A DNA stretch of 64,000 bases, taken from NCBI RefSeq assembly GCF_964355755.1, contig NC_092673.1:9052001-9116000 (forward strand). Reading direction: 5' to 3'. Every line of letters starts with the position of its first letter. Within the stretch, counting starts at the first letter, position 1. The position numbers and the translations under genes were made by a program. Below, piece by piece: positions 1 through 12,300 of the stretch. Under the pieces are notes generated by a model that worked only from the letters and a program-made list of their open reading frames with translations, was not told the origin of the DNA and searched no databases. This DNA is from Antedon mediterranea. Taxonomy: Eukaryota > Animalia > Echinodermata.

Positions 1-193
1 ATTACTTTACACAATGAATACAAAACAAGATATAGTAAAAGTGTATAAAATAAAATAAAATCAGCTGATAAACACAGCTTATTACGAAAAACCCCCAACC
101 CACTTTTATTTCAATTTACTTAATGTAGCAATGTAGATAACATAGTTATTGAGTCATGGAATTCAGTGAATCATTTCGAAATTGCCATGCTTG

Positions 194-1580
194 TTACTCA
201 ATATCTGAGTATCCCAAAATATATTTAAGTTTGTCATTTTCAGGAGAAGTATAAAAAGTATCAAACATATCTTTGCTGCCATTTCTATACATATCCACAT
301 ATAAATGAAATAATTCCTGATTACGTATATTATTTAAAGCTGGACAATTAAGGATGAAATGATGGATGTCTTCGTCCGAATTTGTACCGCACAATTTACA
401 TTTTTTATTATTATCAATATTCCAATTTGCAGTTCTATCATTCAAAGGTAGAGTATTTGAACGAGCTTTAAATTTTAATGCAGCACCTTCAAAATTAATT
501 TTATCAATTAAGTAATTTTCAAGTCCAGGTTTTGATTTTAATGTTTCATAGATGTGGAGACTTGATTTATTTTGTAATTCAATTCTCCATTCATCTATCA
601 TTATATAGTTAAGTTTTCTTAAGATTTCAGAAATTGGAAAGTAGACTTCTTTATAATTTGAGAGAGTGGTGAAAATATTTTTGGATTCACAATTACACTT
701 CAAGAGAATATCGTTTATACAAGATAGAAACTTATACCTTAAGTCTTTAAATTCACAATTAAGTTGTAGCATTCCAATAAACATAATTTTTGGCCATCGA
801 TAGTTTTCCATCTTTATAATTCTATGGAAGTATTTCATACGAAGAGCGTTATGAATCTCGTTAATTGGAGACCAACCAAGCTCTCCATATAAGGCGGCAC
901 AAGGTGTATTTTGAGGTGCTTTTAAGATATAACGTGCCATTTGGAGCTGGAGACGCTCTAGTTTATCTATATCTATTCTACTTAAAGAGCACCATACTGA
1001 ACAACCATAGTTGATAGATGGGAGAACTATCGATCTCCACAGAGTATCTCCATAATATACTCTGTTAAAGTTATCAAAGCTACTGATAATTGATTTAACG
1101 TACGCTATTAATCTTTGACCTTTTTTTATAACATTCTCAATTTGTATATGGTCATTTAATTTACGAGAAATATGTACACCGAGATATTTATATGATTCAG
1201 TTTCAGATATAAAGCCATTACCTAATTTCCATTGTCTTACTTTATCAACACGTTTACCAGTTATCAGTATATTTGACTTTTCAAAATTAAAGCATAATTT
1301 CCATTCCTTAGCAAAATTTCCTGCAAGGTCTAACATTCTTTTCATTTCCAGTTCATTGTTAGCTAATAATACAATATCATCAGCCCAAAAAAGGCTACCC
1401 ATCCATGTATCATTTATTCTAATACCTATATCCTTGGATCTTAACATTTTGGTAAACTCATTTATGTAGATGCTAAATAAAACAGGTGATAAAACGCACC
1501 CTTGCTTTACTCCTTGATCAATGTCAAAAATATCTGTATCAATTATACCAGAGGAGACTTTACCTTTAACATTACTTATA
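194..1580 (-). mobile_element. 5'-truncated non-LTR retrotransposon (LINE) ORF2: RT C-terminal half plus CCHC zinc knuckle; RTE-X/Proto2-like (clade tentative)
   Basis: The 417-aa ORF 1447-194 extends upstream without stops through GVKQGCVLSPVLFSIYINEF (RT motif) into FWADD (catalytic), YKYLG, LPSINYGCSVW, LYGELGW and CKLC...EDIHHFILNC. Similarity is lost at about 1580. The 3' UTR runs towards the window start. Confidence 0.85.
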
Positions 1581-1904
1581 AGTCCTAATTTTAAAGTGTG
1601 GTGTTCAGGATAAAGTTAGTCAACAAATTTGGAATCAAAATACAAGAAAGGCAGGTGCGTAAGAAAAACATCTTCTGAACCAACACAATGGAGTAAATAT
1701 ATACCAACAAACAACCCGTCAAGTTTGTTTGTTGTAAAGAAAAAATATACATTTACTCAACGGGCGAAAATAATGTGAGTTTATCTATGTTTTGCGGTAG
1801 TATTAAATTATATTTATGGTAATAAATGAAACCTACTGTGTTTAAAATTATGTATGGATAAACAAGTATTGTTTTTAAGCTGTAGTATATCTTAGTATTT
1901 GTAA

Positions 1905-1986
1905 TCTTAGGTGTTGGGTCTTAGCTTTCGTGATCTTAGGTCTTAGGGGGTCTGAGCTTTCGTGGTCTGAGCTTTCGTGACACCCC
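1905..1986. repeat. Cluster of short sub-repeats (tcttagg / agctttcgtg) ending in gacacccc; probable DNA-transposon terminus
   Basis: (g)tcttag and gctttcgtg motifs are reiterated several times within 80 bp. No partner end was found. Confidence 0.35.
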
Positions 1987-3175
1987 TGATTCTGGTCCAG
2001 GATTAGAGTGCCCACATTCGGTCAAGTCAATATTAAAAGTGGAGATTGAATTGTGATCATATTGTACTCTACTTTTTGAGAACTTTCACTTTTTGTAAGG
2101 ATGTCCCAAGAGTCTGATGTTACTATGGAGTTGTAAATACCTGGGAATATCAGACACATTATGTTCAGTAACGTGAAAGAGTGCAAACAACCAGAACAAC
2201 AAGGGGATGGTAATTCTACGCATAGTGTGCAAAAAAAAAAAGTGGCACCTGGCTACAGGACTACAGGTCTAAGTATATCCTACCATGTAATAACAGCCTA
2301 ATATGCCTAATAATAATTACAAAAAAAGAGAAGAATAAGACAATAAAAGACTACTACTAAGCATAACTTAATCGATATATGGAGACATAACAATAAAAAT
2401 AAAACCCAGTTTACATGGAGAAGGACAAATGCATATAGAAGACTCAAATTTTGGTGCATATCGAGTTCGATGTTTTGTCTACAGACATGACCTATAGACG
2501 CTCAGATCATCAGGCCATATCACTAAAAATATCCAATGATCAACATCAGGAAAAAAGAGGTCCAGGAGTATGGAAAATCAACAATAATGTTCTAAATGAT
2601 AAAGAATACGTCCGAAAAATAAAAGGAATAATTGAAAACACACACAAAAATGAAAACAATCTAACAATGATGAAATTCTGAAAGAAGAACTTCTATTTTA
2701 TAAAAACATATACTCTAATAAAGAAATACCTGTAAACGATATGAACAATTATCTAAAGCACACAATATTTAAAACGTTGTTAGAAGAAGATGCAATAAAA
2801 TGTGAAGGTCCTCTAACAGAATCAAATGAAAATAAATAAGATTCCTGGTATTGTATCGTACATTTTGGGAGAATGTAAAATATTTATTGTGTGATTCATT
2901 AAATTATAGCTTTGTTAAAGTCATGTTATCAATGACACAAGGAAGAGGTATTATTAATCTTTTATACAAAAATGGACAGAGGGAAAACCTAAACAATTGG
3001 AGACCAATAACACTACTTAATGTGGATTATAAAATATTGGCTCACACTCTAGCTAATAGATTACACAGCGTTATAGGTTTCCATTATGAATGAAGATCAA
3101 AATTAAGAAAAGGTTTGGAGTAGAAATTGTAAGACTGATAATTGACATACTAGACTACACAAAAGCAAACAATAT

Positions 3176-3706
3176 TTATTTATTATTTATTTATTTATTA
3201 AACTTTATCACTGCACACAAAACACAAAACAAAAAAGAAAAAAAAAAAGCAGCGAAAAGAAAGGGATGAACAGGTGACAAGCACCTCTATCCACATCCCC
3301 CCTTAACTTATACATAACAGGTAACAAGCACCTCTATCCACATCCCCCCTTAACATATACATAACAGGTGACAAGCACCTCTATCTACATCCCCCCTTAA
3401 CATATACATAATAGGTGACAAGCACCTCTATCCACATCCCCCCTTAACATATACATAACAGGTAACAAGCACCTCTATCCACATCCCCCCTTAACATATA
3501 CATAACAGTAACAAAAATACATACAAACAAACATACCAACTGAACTATTGATGCCTGCAACAGGAACATCGGCAACGTGATATCCACGTGCATGTATTAT
3601 TTGGGTCAAAATTGTTTTTAAATTTTTCACCGTAGAATTTACAAACAGGCTTATTGAAAAGTAAATGAGAATTGTTAGACCTCATTCGATACGGTAACTG
3701 ATTCCA
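3176..3706 (-). mobile_element. 5'-truncated CR1/L2-group LINE 3' end inserted antisense in the L1/Tx1 relic
   Basis: The minus strand reads WNQLPYRMRSNNSHLLFNKPVCKFYGEKFKNNFDPNNTCTWISRCRCSCCRHQ*, followed by a 3' UTR and (TAAA)n tail. It is flanked by AATAT at 3171-3175 and 3707-3711. Removing it restores the host frame YTKANNMTGAIVFLDY. Confidence 0.8.
3271..3505. repeat. Tandem repeat, 5 x 47 bp
   Basis: Unit caggtgacaagcacctctatccacatccccccttaacatatacataa starts at 3271, 3318, 3365, 3412 and 3459. Confidence 0.95.
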
Positions 3707-4590
3707 AATATGACAGGTGCTATTGTTTTTCTTGATTATGCGAAAGCTTTCGACTCAATAGACAGAATACTACTGTTTAAGATTTTAAAACTCTTCGGTT
3801 TTGGAAATTCATTTATCAAATGGATAAGGGTTATGTATAAAGAAACAGAATGTGTCATAGTAAACAACGAATTTTTTTGTCAGAAAATTTTAATATGGAG
3901 TGTGACGTGAGGCAAGGCTGCTCATTATCTGCTTTGCTATTATTCTGGTATCAGAAATAATGGCAGTAAATATCAGAAATAATCCTAAATGTATAGGAAT
4001 TACGTTACCTAATAGCACTGACCATGATGATAATAATATCGTTAAAATTGCTCAATTAGCAGATGACAGCGTAATTTTTTCACATGACGAAGGTAGTTTA
4101 AAATATTTCTTTAATGAGATTGAGTCTTTTTGTAGTATTTCAGGGTTAAAATAAAATAGAAAAAAGACAAATGGTATGTCGATTGGTGTAAACGAAAACA
4201 GTGTTTTAAGACCATTAGATATTACATGGACTAGTGAACCTGTTAATTTTTTAGGAATCCATGTAGGTTACAATAAGCATTTATGTGAAAAGAGAAACTG
4301 GGACAAAAACATTACCAATCTAGAAAATGTATTAAACTTATGGAAAAGAAGGAATCTTACTTTTTTTGGTAAAAGTACTACAGTATTATTAAAACGCTTG
4401 CATTGTCTAAGTTTATATATAACGCAAGTACTGTATAATTGATGTTCCAAAAGATATAGTTAAACAAACTACTATATATGTTTCTATGGGGAACTAGAAG
4501 TGAAAAGATAAAGAGAACAACCTTAATTAAAAATATTAAAGAAGTTGGTTTAAACATGCCAGATATTAGCTCTAGGGTTGAATCACTTAA

Positions 4591-4874
4591 ATATGTATTG
4601 TCCCCCTGAAAAATTAATGCTTAACAACATTTTTGTTGAATATGTCATTTCAATGTAACATAATAAGAATCCACTTTGACCAAAAATTGGATCCAAAAAA
4701 AATGTATTTACCTGATGTAATTTAAAGTGTGTTTTTGGTGGAATTTAACCATTTATTTTGTTTATAAGTGAAAACATTATTTTTTTTCATTTTTTTTTCT
4801 ATGGAAGTGATTAACTTTATAAAAACTACAAAATAACTTATTTAAAGTCTGATTTAATTAATCTTCATACATCT
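4591..4874 (+). mobile_element. TTAA-flanked MITE (Kolobok-like family K), right end partly deleted
   Basis: TTAA at 4587-4590 and 4875-4878. The left end atgtattgtccccctgaaaa matches the full copy at 40255. Removing it restores the host L1 frame VESLKLNWVKRLL. Confidence 0.75.
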
Positions 4875-6444
4875 TTAAACTAAATTGGGTCAAGCGACTG
4901 TTAAGTCCAGATCCAGGTAAATGGAAATGCATACCAAAATATTTCCTTCACCCAATTGAATATACAATAAAAAGTACTAAACTTAATGTACATGATCATG
5001 CTAACTTGAGATGCCTACATTCTACAAGAACATGATTAATGCCGTTGTAACATTTAATGATATTGTGTATCCAACAATTATGGGACAATAAGTTTATACT
5101 ATCTGACAATAAATCATTGTACTTTAAATCATGGTTGTATTCTGATTATTAATATAAAACAATTGGTGATATATTTATAAATGATAGAGTATGTACTGCA
5201 GGTGAAATAATTTCAAATTTGTATTAAAAAAACATAATGGTTTAATTGCTTTCCAGCTGAAGATAATATTACTGGGTTTAAAATTGTTACAGGAACAAAA
5301 AATAATATTGTAAATGAATTGATTTCTCTGTTTGTATTCTGTATATACAAGGTACACATAATATCCAATGCTGGAAGAAAAGATAAAGATGATAAGAAAA
5401 TGATCTGGATTCACTGCTGAAGTTAAAAATCTAATAGAAAATGAACATTATGTGTAACTTAATTAAGGCACAACGTAAATGGGGTGCAAAAAAGAAAACT
5501 ATGCTACAATTGATAACATGAATATAATTTATATGAAGTGTTTTTTCATATTTTCTAAAATGCATTATTTTTTGTTTATTTCTCAATTACAAATTGTATA
5601 CAGAAGTACCGTAGTAGTATATAATAATATGACATCGGGTATGAAGCGTCTCACATACACACAGAGCCAAAATGGCATCTTGGACTTGCACAGTGTATGG
5701 ACTCTCCTCTTATGGTTTTCATTTTTATTCATTATGGTCATCTTTCCATGCTATCATCCTTTTTATCTAGTTTTCAAACTTTTGCATTCCTCTTTTTTCA
5801 TCTCATCCTTTTTTTCTTGATGAAAAGGGAAGATATTTTATATTCCTCATCTGAGTCTGCATAAGTATGATTTTAATGACAGTTCATAGACTTTTATTAC
5901 CATGTTTTATCTCTATATTTTAATTAACATCTTCTTTAAAATTGTAAATGAAAGCATATGGTTTTATATTGAAATCAATCATCTTTTAATATGTAAATAC
6001 TGTATGCCTGCTTTTAACACTGTAACAATCGTAGTAATATACAATAGAAAAAGAAATATTCATACAAGTATTACTTTATTTCTATATATAATATATATAC
6101 GTATAAAACAGAATTATAATAAAAGTGAGACGATCCCACACAAGACAACAACAAAAAGTCCCTATTAATTGATTTGTCTGATGCAATGTGAAACTGAAAA
6201 GAATTGCTAGAAGCTTATGTTATTTTTAAATACTGTACTCTTAATCAATGATTTGTTTGTGTTTTAATTGTAATCAATTATATACTATATTTATATAGGT
6301 AGTGTAAAATTAGACTAGTTATAAATTAGTATATGTTTTTTTTCATGCCTGTTATTACTTGCTCCTTTTTTAACATTTCGAATAAGTACCATCTTACATT
6401 AATATACCGTAAAACCTTGATAAGAAGCCTAGTGTCTTCTTTTA

Positions 6445-8684
6445 GGACACTTGGATGGGCTTCTTTTAGGACACTTGAATGGTCTTCTTTTAGGACACTT
6501 GGATCGGCTTCTTTTAGGACACTTGGATGGGCTTCTTTTAGGACACTTGGATCGGCTTCTTTTAGGACACTTTTGGATGGGCTTCTTTTAGGACACTTGG
6601 ATGGGCTTCTTTTAGGACACTTGAATGGTCTTCTTTTAGGACACTTGGATCGGCTTCTTTTAGGACACTTGGATGGGCTTCTTTTAGGACACTTGGATGG
6701 GCTTCTTTTAGGAAACTTGAATGGTCTTCTTTTAGGACACTTGGATGGGCTTCTTTTAGGACACTTGGATGGGCTTCTTTTAGGACACTTGGATGGGCTT
6801 CTTTTAGGACACTTGGATGGGCTTCTTTTAGGACACTTGGATGGGCTTCTTTTAGGACACTTGGATGGGCTTCTTTTAGGACACTTGGATGGGCTTCTTT
6901 TAGGACACTTGGATGGGCTTCTTTTAGGACACTTGGATCGGCTTCTTTTAGGACACTTGGATGGGCTTCTTTTAGGACACTTGAATGGTCTTCTTTTAGG
7001 ACACTTGGATGGGCTTCTTTTAGGACACTTGGATCGGCTTCTTTTAGGACACTTGGATGGGCTTCTTTTAGGACACTTGGATGGGCTTCTTTTAGGACAC
7101 TTGGATGGGCTTCTTTTAGGACACTTGGATGGGCTTCTTTTAGGACACTTGGATGGGCTTCTTTTAGGACACTTGGATCGGCTTCTTTTAGGACACTTTT
7201 GGATGGGCTTCTTTTAGGACACTTGGATGGGCTTCTTTTAGGACACTTGAATGGTCTTCTTTTAGGACACTTGGATCGGCTTCTTTTAGGACACTTGGAT
7301 GGGCTTCTTTTAGGACACTTGGATGGGCTTCTTTTAGGAAACTTGAATGGTCTTCTTTTAGGACACTTGGATGGGCTTCTTTTAGGACACTTGAATGGTC
7401 TTCTTTTAGGACACTTGGATGGGCTTCTTTTAGGACACTTGGATGGGCTTCTTTTAGGACACTTGGATGGGCTTCTTTTAGGACACTTGGATGGGCTTCT
7501 TTTAGGACACTTGGATGGACTTCTTTTAGGACACTTGGATGGGCTTCTTTTAGGACACTTGGATCGGCTTCTTTTAGGACACTTTTGGATGGGCTTCTTT
7601 TAGGACACTTGGATGGGCTTCTTTTAGGACACTTGAATGGTCTTCTTTTAGGACACTTGGATCGGCTTCTTTTAGGACACTTGGATGGGCTTCTTTTAGG
7701 ACACTTGGATGGGCTTCTTTTAGGAAACTTGAATGGTCTTCTTTTAGGACACTTGGATGGGCTTCTTTTAGGACACTTGGATGGGCTTCTTTTAGGACAC
7801 TTGGATGGGCTTCTTTTAGGACACTTGGATGGGCTTCTTTTAGGACACTTGGATGGGCTTCTTTTAGGACACTTGGATGGGCTTCTTTTAGGACACTTGG
7901 ATGGGCTTCTTTTAGGACACTTGGATGGGCTTCTTTTAGGACACTTGGATCGGCTTCTTTTAGGACACTTGGATGGGCTTCTTTTAGGACACTTGAATGG
8001 TCTTCTTTTAGGACACTTGGATCGGCTTCTTTTAGGACACTTGGATCGGCTTCTTTTAGGACACTTGGATGGGCTTCTTTTAGGACACTTGGATGGGCTT
8101 CTTTTAGGACACTTGGATGGGCTTCTTTTAGGACACTTGGATGGGCTTCTTTTAGGACACTTGGATGGGCTTCTTTTAGGACACTTGGATCGGCTTCTTT
8201 TAGGACACTTTTGGATGGGCTTCTTTTAGGACACTTGGATGGGCTTCTTTTAGGACACTTGAATGGTCTTCTTTTAGGACACTTGGATCGGCTTCTTTTA
8301 GGACACTTGGATGGGCTTCTTTTAGGACACTTGGATGGGCTTCTTTTAGGAAACTTGAATGGTCTTCTTTTAGGACACTTGGATGGGCTTCTTTTAGGAC
8401 ACTTGAATGGTCTTCTTTTAGGACACTTGGATGGGCTTCTTTTAGGACACTTGGATGGGCTTCTTTTAGGACACTTGGATGGGCTTCTTTTAGGACACTT
8501 GGATGGGCTTCTTTTAGGACACTTGGATGGGCTTCTTTTAGGACACTTGGATGGGCTTCTTTTAGGACACTTGGATGGGCTTCTTTTAGGACACTTGGAT
8601 GGACTTCTTTTAGGACACTTGGATGGGCTTCTTTTAGGACACTTGGATGGGCTTCTTTTAGGACACTTGGATGGGCTTCTTTTT
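6445..8684. repeat. 24-bp minisatellite, 93 units, consensus GGACACTTGGATGGGCTTCTTTTA, with higher-order structure
   Basis: Read directly from the sequence. Variant units are gaatggtc, gatcggc, ggaaac and ggatggac, plus four 26-bp (+TT) units at 6565, 7191, 7577 and 8203. Confidence 0.98.
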
Positions 8685-11600
8685 GAGATGGGATTCTTTT
8701 CGAGATTACTTTTCAATAATGAATGCTATAAATTTGATAATTGCTACTACCAATAATATGATTTTTTAGACATTCCATGTCAATTTTACATATTATTTGT
8801 CAATGAAGCATGAAAATAGAAGAAGATACTGAAAAAGAAGCGAATGGGTTTTTAGACATTAACTTACAATTTTACATATTTGTAAATCCCTCCCAAACCC
8901 ATATGGCAATATATGTATGATATTAATTTTTTAGCATCTGGATTTATGCTCCGCTAATGTTGGCGGAGGAGGATGGCAGTGGATGGTGTGTATTTGGGTA
9001 AATACAATGCGCATGGCTAAACAAGTTTTTGTTTTGAATTTTTTTTAACTATAAGATAATATCCTTAATTGCTGTATCACTACTAATTTTTCTTGATGGA
9101 TTCTGGGACAGCCAAATGTCCAGTTTCAATTTTGTATTACTATAATAATGTTCATTTAAATGTAATATGTCAACCCTTGTTATTTCAAGTTTAAAGATGT
9201 ACAAGATACTAAGAATTAACATTGCCTGCACTATAAATTAAAACCAAACCAGATGGTAATTATGTTCTATTATTAGTCATAAAATGAATTCCATGAAAAT
9301 GGTTGATAATTACATTTAATAAAATATTCATCTTGTTTATCAGTTTGTAGTAGGCTATGTTACAATTATAAATGACATTTCTGAACTATATCCTATTGAC
9401 TTTACCAGTATGCTATTAAATCTGCAAGTTTAATAATGATTTTTTAGACAATATAAGCAGCAAATCAAAAGTATACAATGAAAACAATTTCATGGTTATT
9501 AAAATATCACAACTTATTATCAATGATAGGTGATGATCACAATATATGCTAACTTAACTATGATGATGTTTAATCCACAACATTTTAGTAACTATCAGTC
9601 AGCTATTATGATTAATTAGCTATCTATATAACATTACTTTACATAAAGGATTGTGAAATGTTATACAAATTTTTTAATTTCTTCTATTCAATGATTCTTT
9701 GAACAAAAAACAAATACAAAACATTCATTATTTGTATCCAAGATTTCACTCAAATAACAAAAAACTCTTCCAGCGTCATATGAACGTCCACAAGTAAATA
9801 TTCAATGCTCTGATTTTGACTGCCAGTGCTAAAGAGCAGGTGGGTTGATCCTGTCATGCAATATAAATAGGATACTGTTAACAAAATATTTTTATGACCA
9901 CTGATCAAAACAGATGACGACGATGATAGCTGACTATAGTTCTCAAAATTAGGCTTAATTAATGGCTTTTACACATATTATGAATTACTAGAACTACAAA
10001 TGATAATGTGTCAACCAAAAAATTGTAATACTTGTTAAAACAAAAACAAAAAGTTGTATCCTCAGAATTCTCATCTGCACATATATTACAACATGGGCTA
10101 AAATCTCTTTTTTTGGTTGAGAAAATGAATTAGAAGAATGTTGGTATTAATATTATGTTACTGTTTTATTTATAAATATTTATTTTTTAATTCAACCAGA
10201 ATAAAGCAGATATGAGAATTAGCAAAGAGTATTGACACGATATATTATGGTGAATGAATGCATTAAGTATACTCTACGATGCCTGCAACTCCATTGATTA
10301 ACATTTATCATATGCTTAGGTTTATCATTTTGAGTATTACTCCTTATCGGTTTATATTGCAAAATTGCATGCATGTTCGCTACTCAATAACAAGCTGTAC
10401 TTGCCAGTCGTTTGTATGTTATCATTGATAAATTCAAACCTACACATTGTCAATCATGACTTTGGATTTGTGGAAATATGGTATATTTTTTCATATTGTT
10501 ATCTATACTGCAGTTGCATAAAATAATTACATCTGTTTCCTGGATAGCTCGTTGAATTGTTACTTGATTTGTCAGACTATGTTTCAAAAGAATCGGTTTA
10601 AATGGCATCATTAAAAACAACCCTTTGACATTAACTGTATAATAACGTTTTCTACCTACTTAATTATCCAATTCTGTGACTTATTTTAGCATAATATCTG
10701 TATGAAATACAAACACCTTTACCACCTCCCAATTCTGAGAAAACTGTCCTGGGTTATGAAATGGTCTGCTTTTTTACATTTACACTACAGTGATGTTTAT
10801 TGGTGTATAACAAAATTAAGGCACATGAACGCTGTTTCCTAAATATTATTATTTTTTTTTCCTTTACAAATTGATTTTGATGCTCTGGAGCTCCTTGACC
10901 AGTGAGTAATTGTCGTGTGTTATAATTGTTTATATTTTAATGAATGTTTATGCGATATATTAAATTTTCATGAAAGAAATGAATTTTTGGTAAATTATCT
11001 GTTTGTATTATAATATATACATTCTTGATTCAAAACAAATACGCTTTACGAATATGAAACAGGGATCAGCTCAAAAGTTTAGAAAATGTATGACATATTT
11101 GTTTTCGGTATTGTTGTCATAAATGTTCCAAAACCTCCCTAGTGTAAAACATAAAACATGACAGGTTTACATTTGAAACTATCAATTATCTTGTCATGTA
11201 GAATTACAACTTTTGCCAATGTCTTAAAAAATAATATATATCATTTTAGTAAACAATTGTGTTTTTTTTCACATGATGTTTTTTATCAATGTGTCATTTA
11301 TGTCTAGACTGGGATTTCTGTTTAATGGTATTGTAGAAATATGTACACATATTATACAGATAGTGACTGCTTAGAGGGGAATTATATTAAACATTTGATA
11401 TCCTCAGAGGTACTTACTGTATTTTTTCCTTGAGGGATTTTGTTTTCCATAAGCGCATAGCACTGAGGAAAATAATGTCACCACTGTACTAAATGTGTTG
11501 GTGACCATGAAATTGCTAAAAATAAGGCATGATAATATTAAAGGTGAACTCCGGGAATTAAAGATTGCCTCAAACATTAGAATACTTCAACTACTAATGA

Positions 11601-12074
11601 ATAGTGCTGCCCATCTCGTCACTCACACACCTAAATTTCAACATATCACCCCTGTTCTCCGTCGTCTCCATTGGCTCCCTGTTGAAAAGCGTATTGTTTT
11701 CGAAGTTCTTTTTATTTGTTTTCAAATCCATTCATCATTTGTCCCCAACGTATATTTCAGAGTTCAAGTTTTGCTCGGCGATCTGTACTCGTTCCCTCCG
11801 GTCAACGTCTGACTTAACCACTCTTGACTATCCACGGTGTCGATTGAAGTCATGTGGGGAGCGATCTTTCGTGGTCGCTGCTCCTAAATTGTGGAACTCT
11901 TTGCCTTTGATGATTCGTAAGTCTCCCTCCGTTTCGATCTTCAAAGCTCACCTGAAGACTCACTTTTTTCGTTCTGTGTGAATTCATTGTTTTTTCATAT
12001 ACATTTTATTCATTATACTTGTTCTCTACTCTTATTCAGACTCCACCCTGTCTCTTTTTGTTGTATTTCTTTTA

Positions 12075-12300
12075 TTCCTGTCCACCCAGGCAACACTTGC
12101 CAGTTCTTATACTATGACGTTATCCAAATTCCTTCACTTGCACTGATGAAGGGCTAGTGTTGCCTGAAAGCTCTGCTAACTTTTCTGGCTGTTTTACTTT
12201 ATCATTTTGATTTAGCTTTTCGCTTTTTTTTTTGTATCTCCATTGAGATCCAGCCATTGTCATTTTTTCAGTAATTTGCCTTTGGATTCACTTTATTGTT
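12075..12300 (+). mobile_element. Penelope-like element pseudo-LTR fragment nested in the L2 3' UTR
   Basis: Contains a minimal hammerhead motif followed by a T-rich tract, which is the usual PLE pLTR layout. Boundaries are approximate. Confidence 0.55.
12139..12176 (+). ncRNA. Minimal type I hammerhead ribozyme
   Basis: gca-CTGATGA-a-gggc tagtgtt gcct-GAAA-gc-TC-tgc. It has both conserved core boxes, stem II, a palindromic AGCT stem III (dimer-type) and a short stem I gca/tgc. Confidence 0.7.

Larger units (their letters stand above)
2400..5190 (+). mobile_element. Decayed L1/Tx1-clade LINE ORF2 (APE C-terminus + RT), frameshifted, with two nested insertions
   Basis: Fragments appear in the expected order: SDHQAISL (APE end), RGPGVWKINN, NWRPITLLNVDYKILA, FLDYAKAFDSI, RQGC.LS.LLF, QLADD, FLGIHVG, WKRRNLTFFGK, SLKLNWVKRLL. 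There are many stops and frameshifts. Confidence 0.85.

Noticed and set aside
5200-5900. Purine-skewed stretch that might be a decayed coding region
   Set aside because: No recognisable motif and stops in the frames I read, so it cannot be supported.
6445-8684. Possible CRISPR array
   Set aside because: The units are contiguous with no unique spacers, there are no cas genes, and the context is eukaryotic.
6333-8756. Long ORFs (LLLGHLDG)n, (KRSPSKCP)n and (SVLKEAHP)n, resembling LRR or sperm-histone repeat proteins
   Set aside because: They are translations of a 24-bp minisatellite, open in several frames on both strands and frameshifted by the 26-bp units. There are no splice signals or unique coding flanks.
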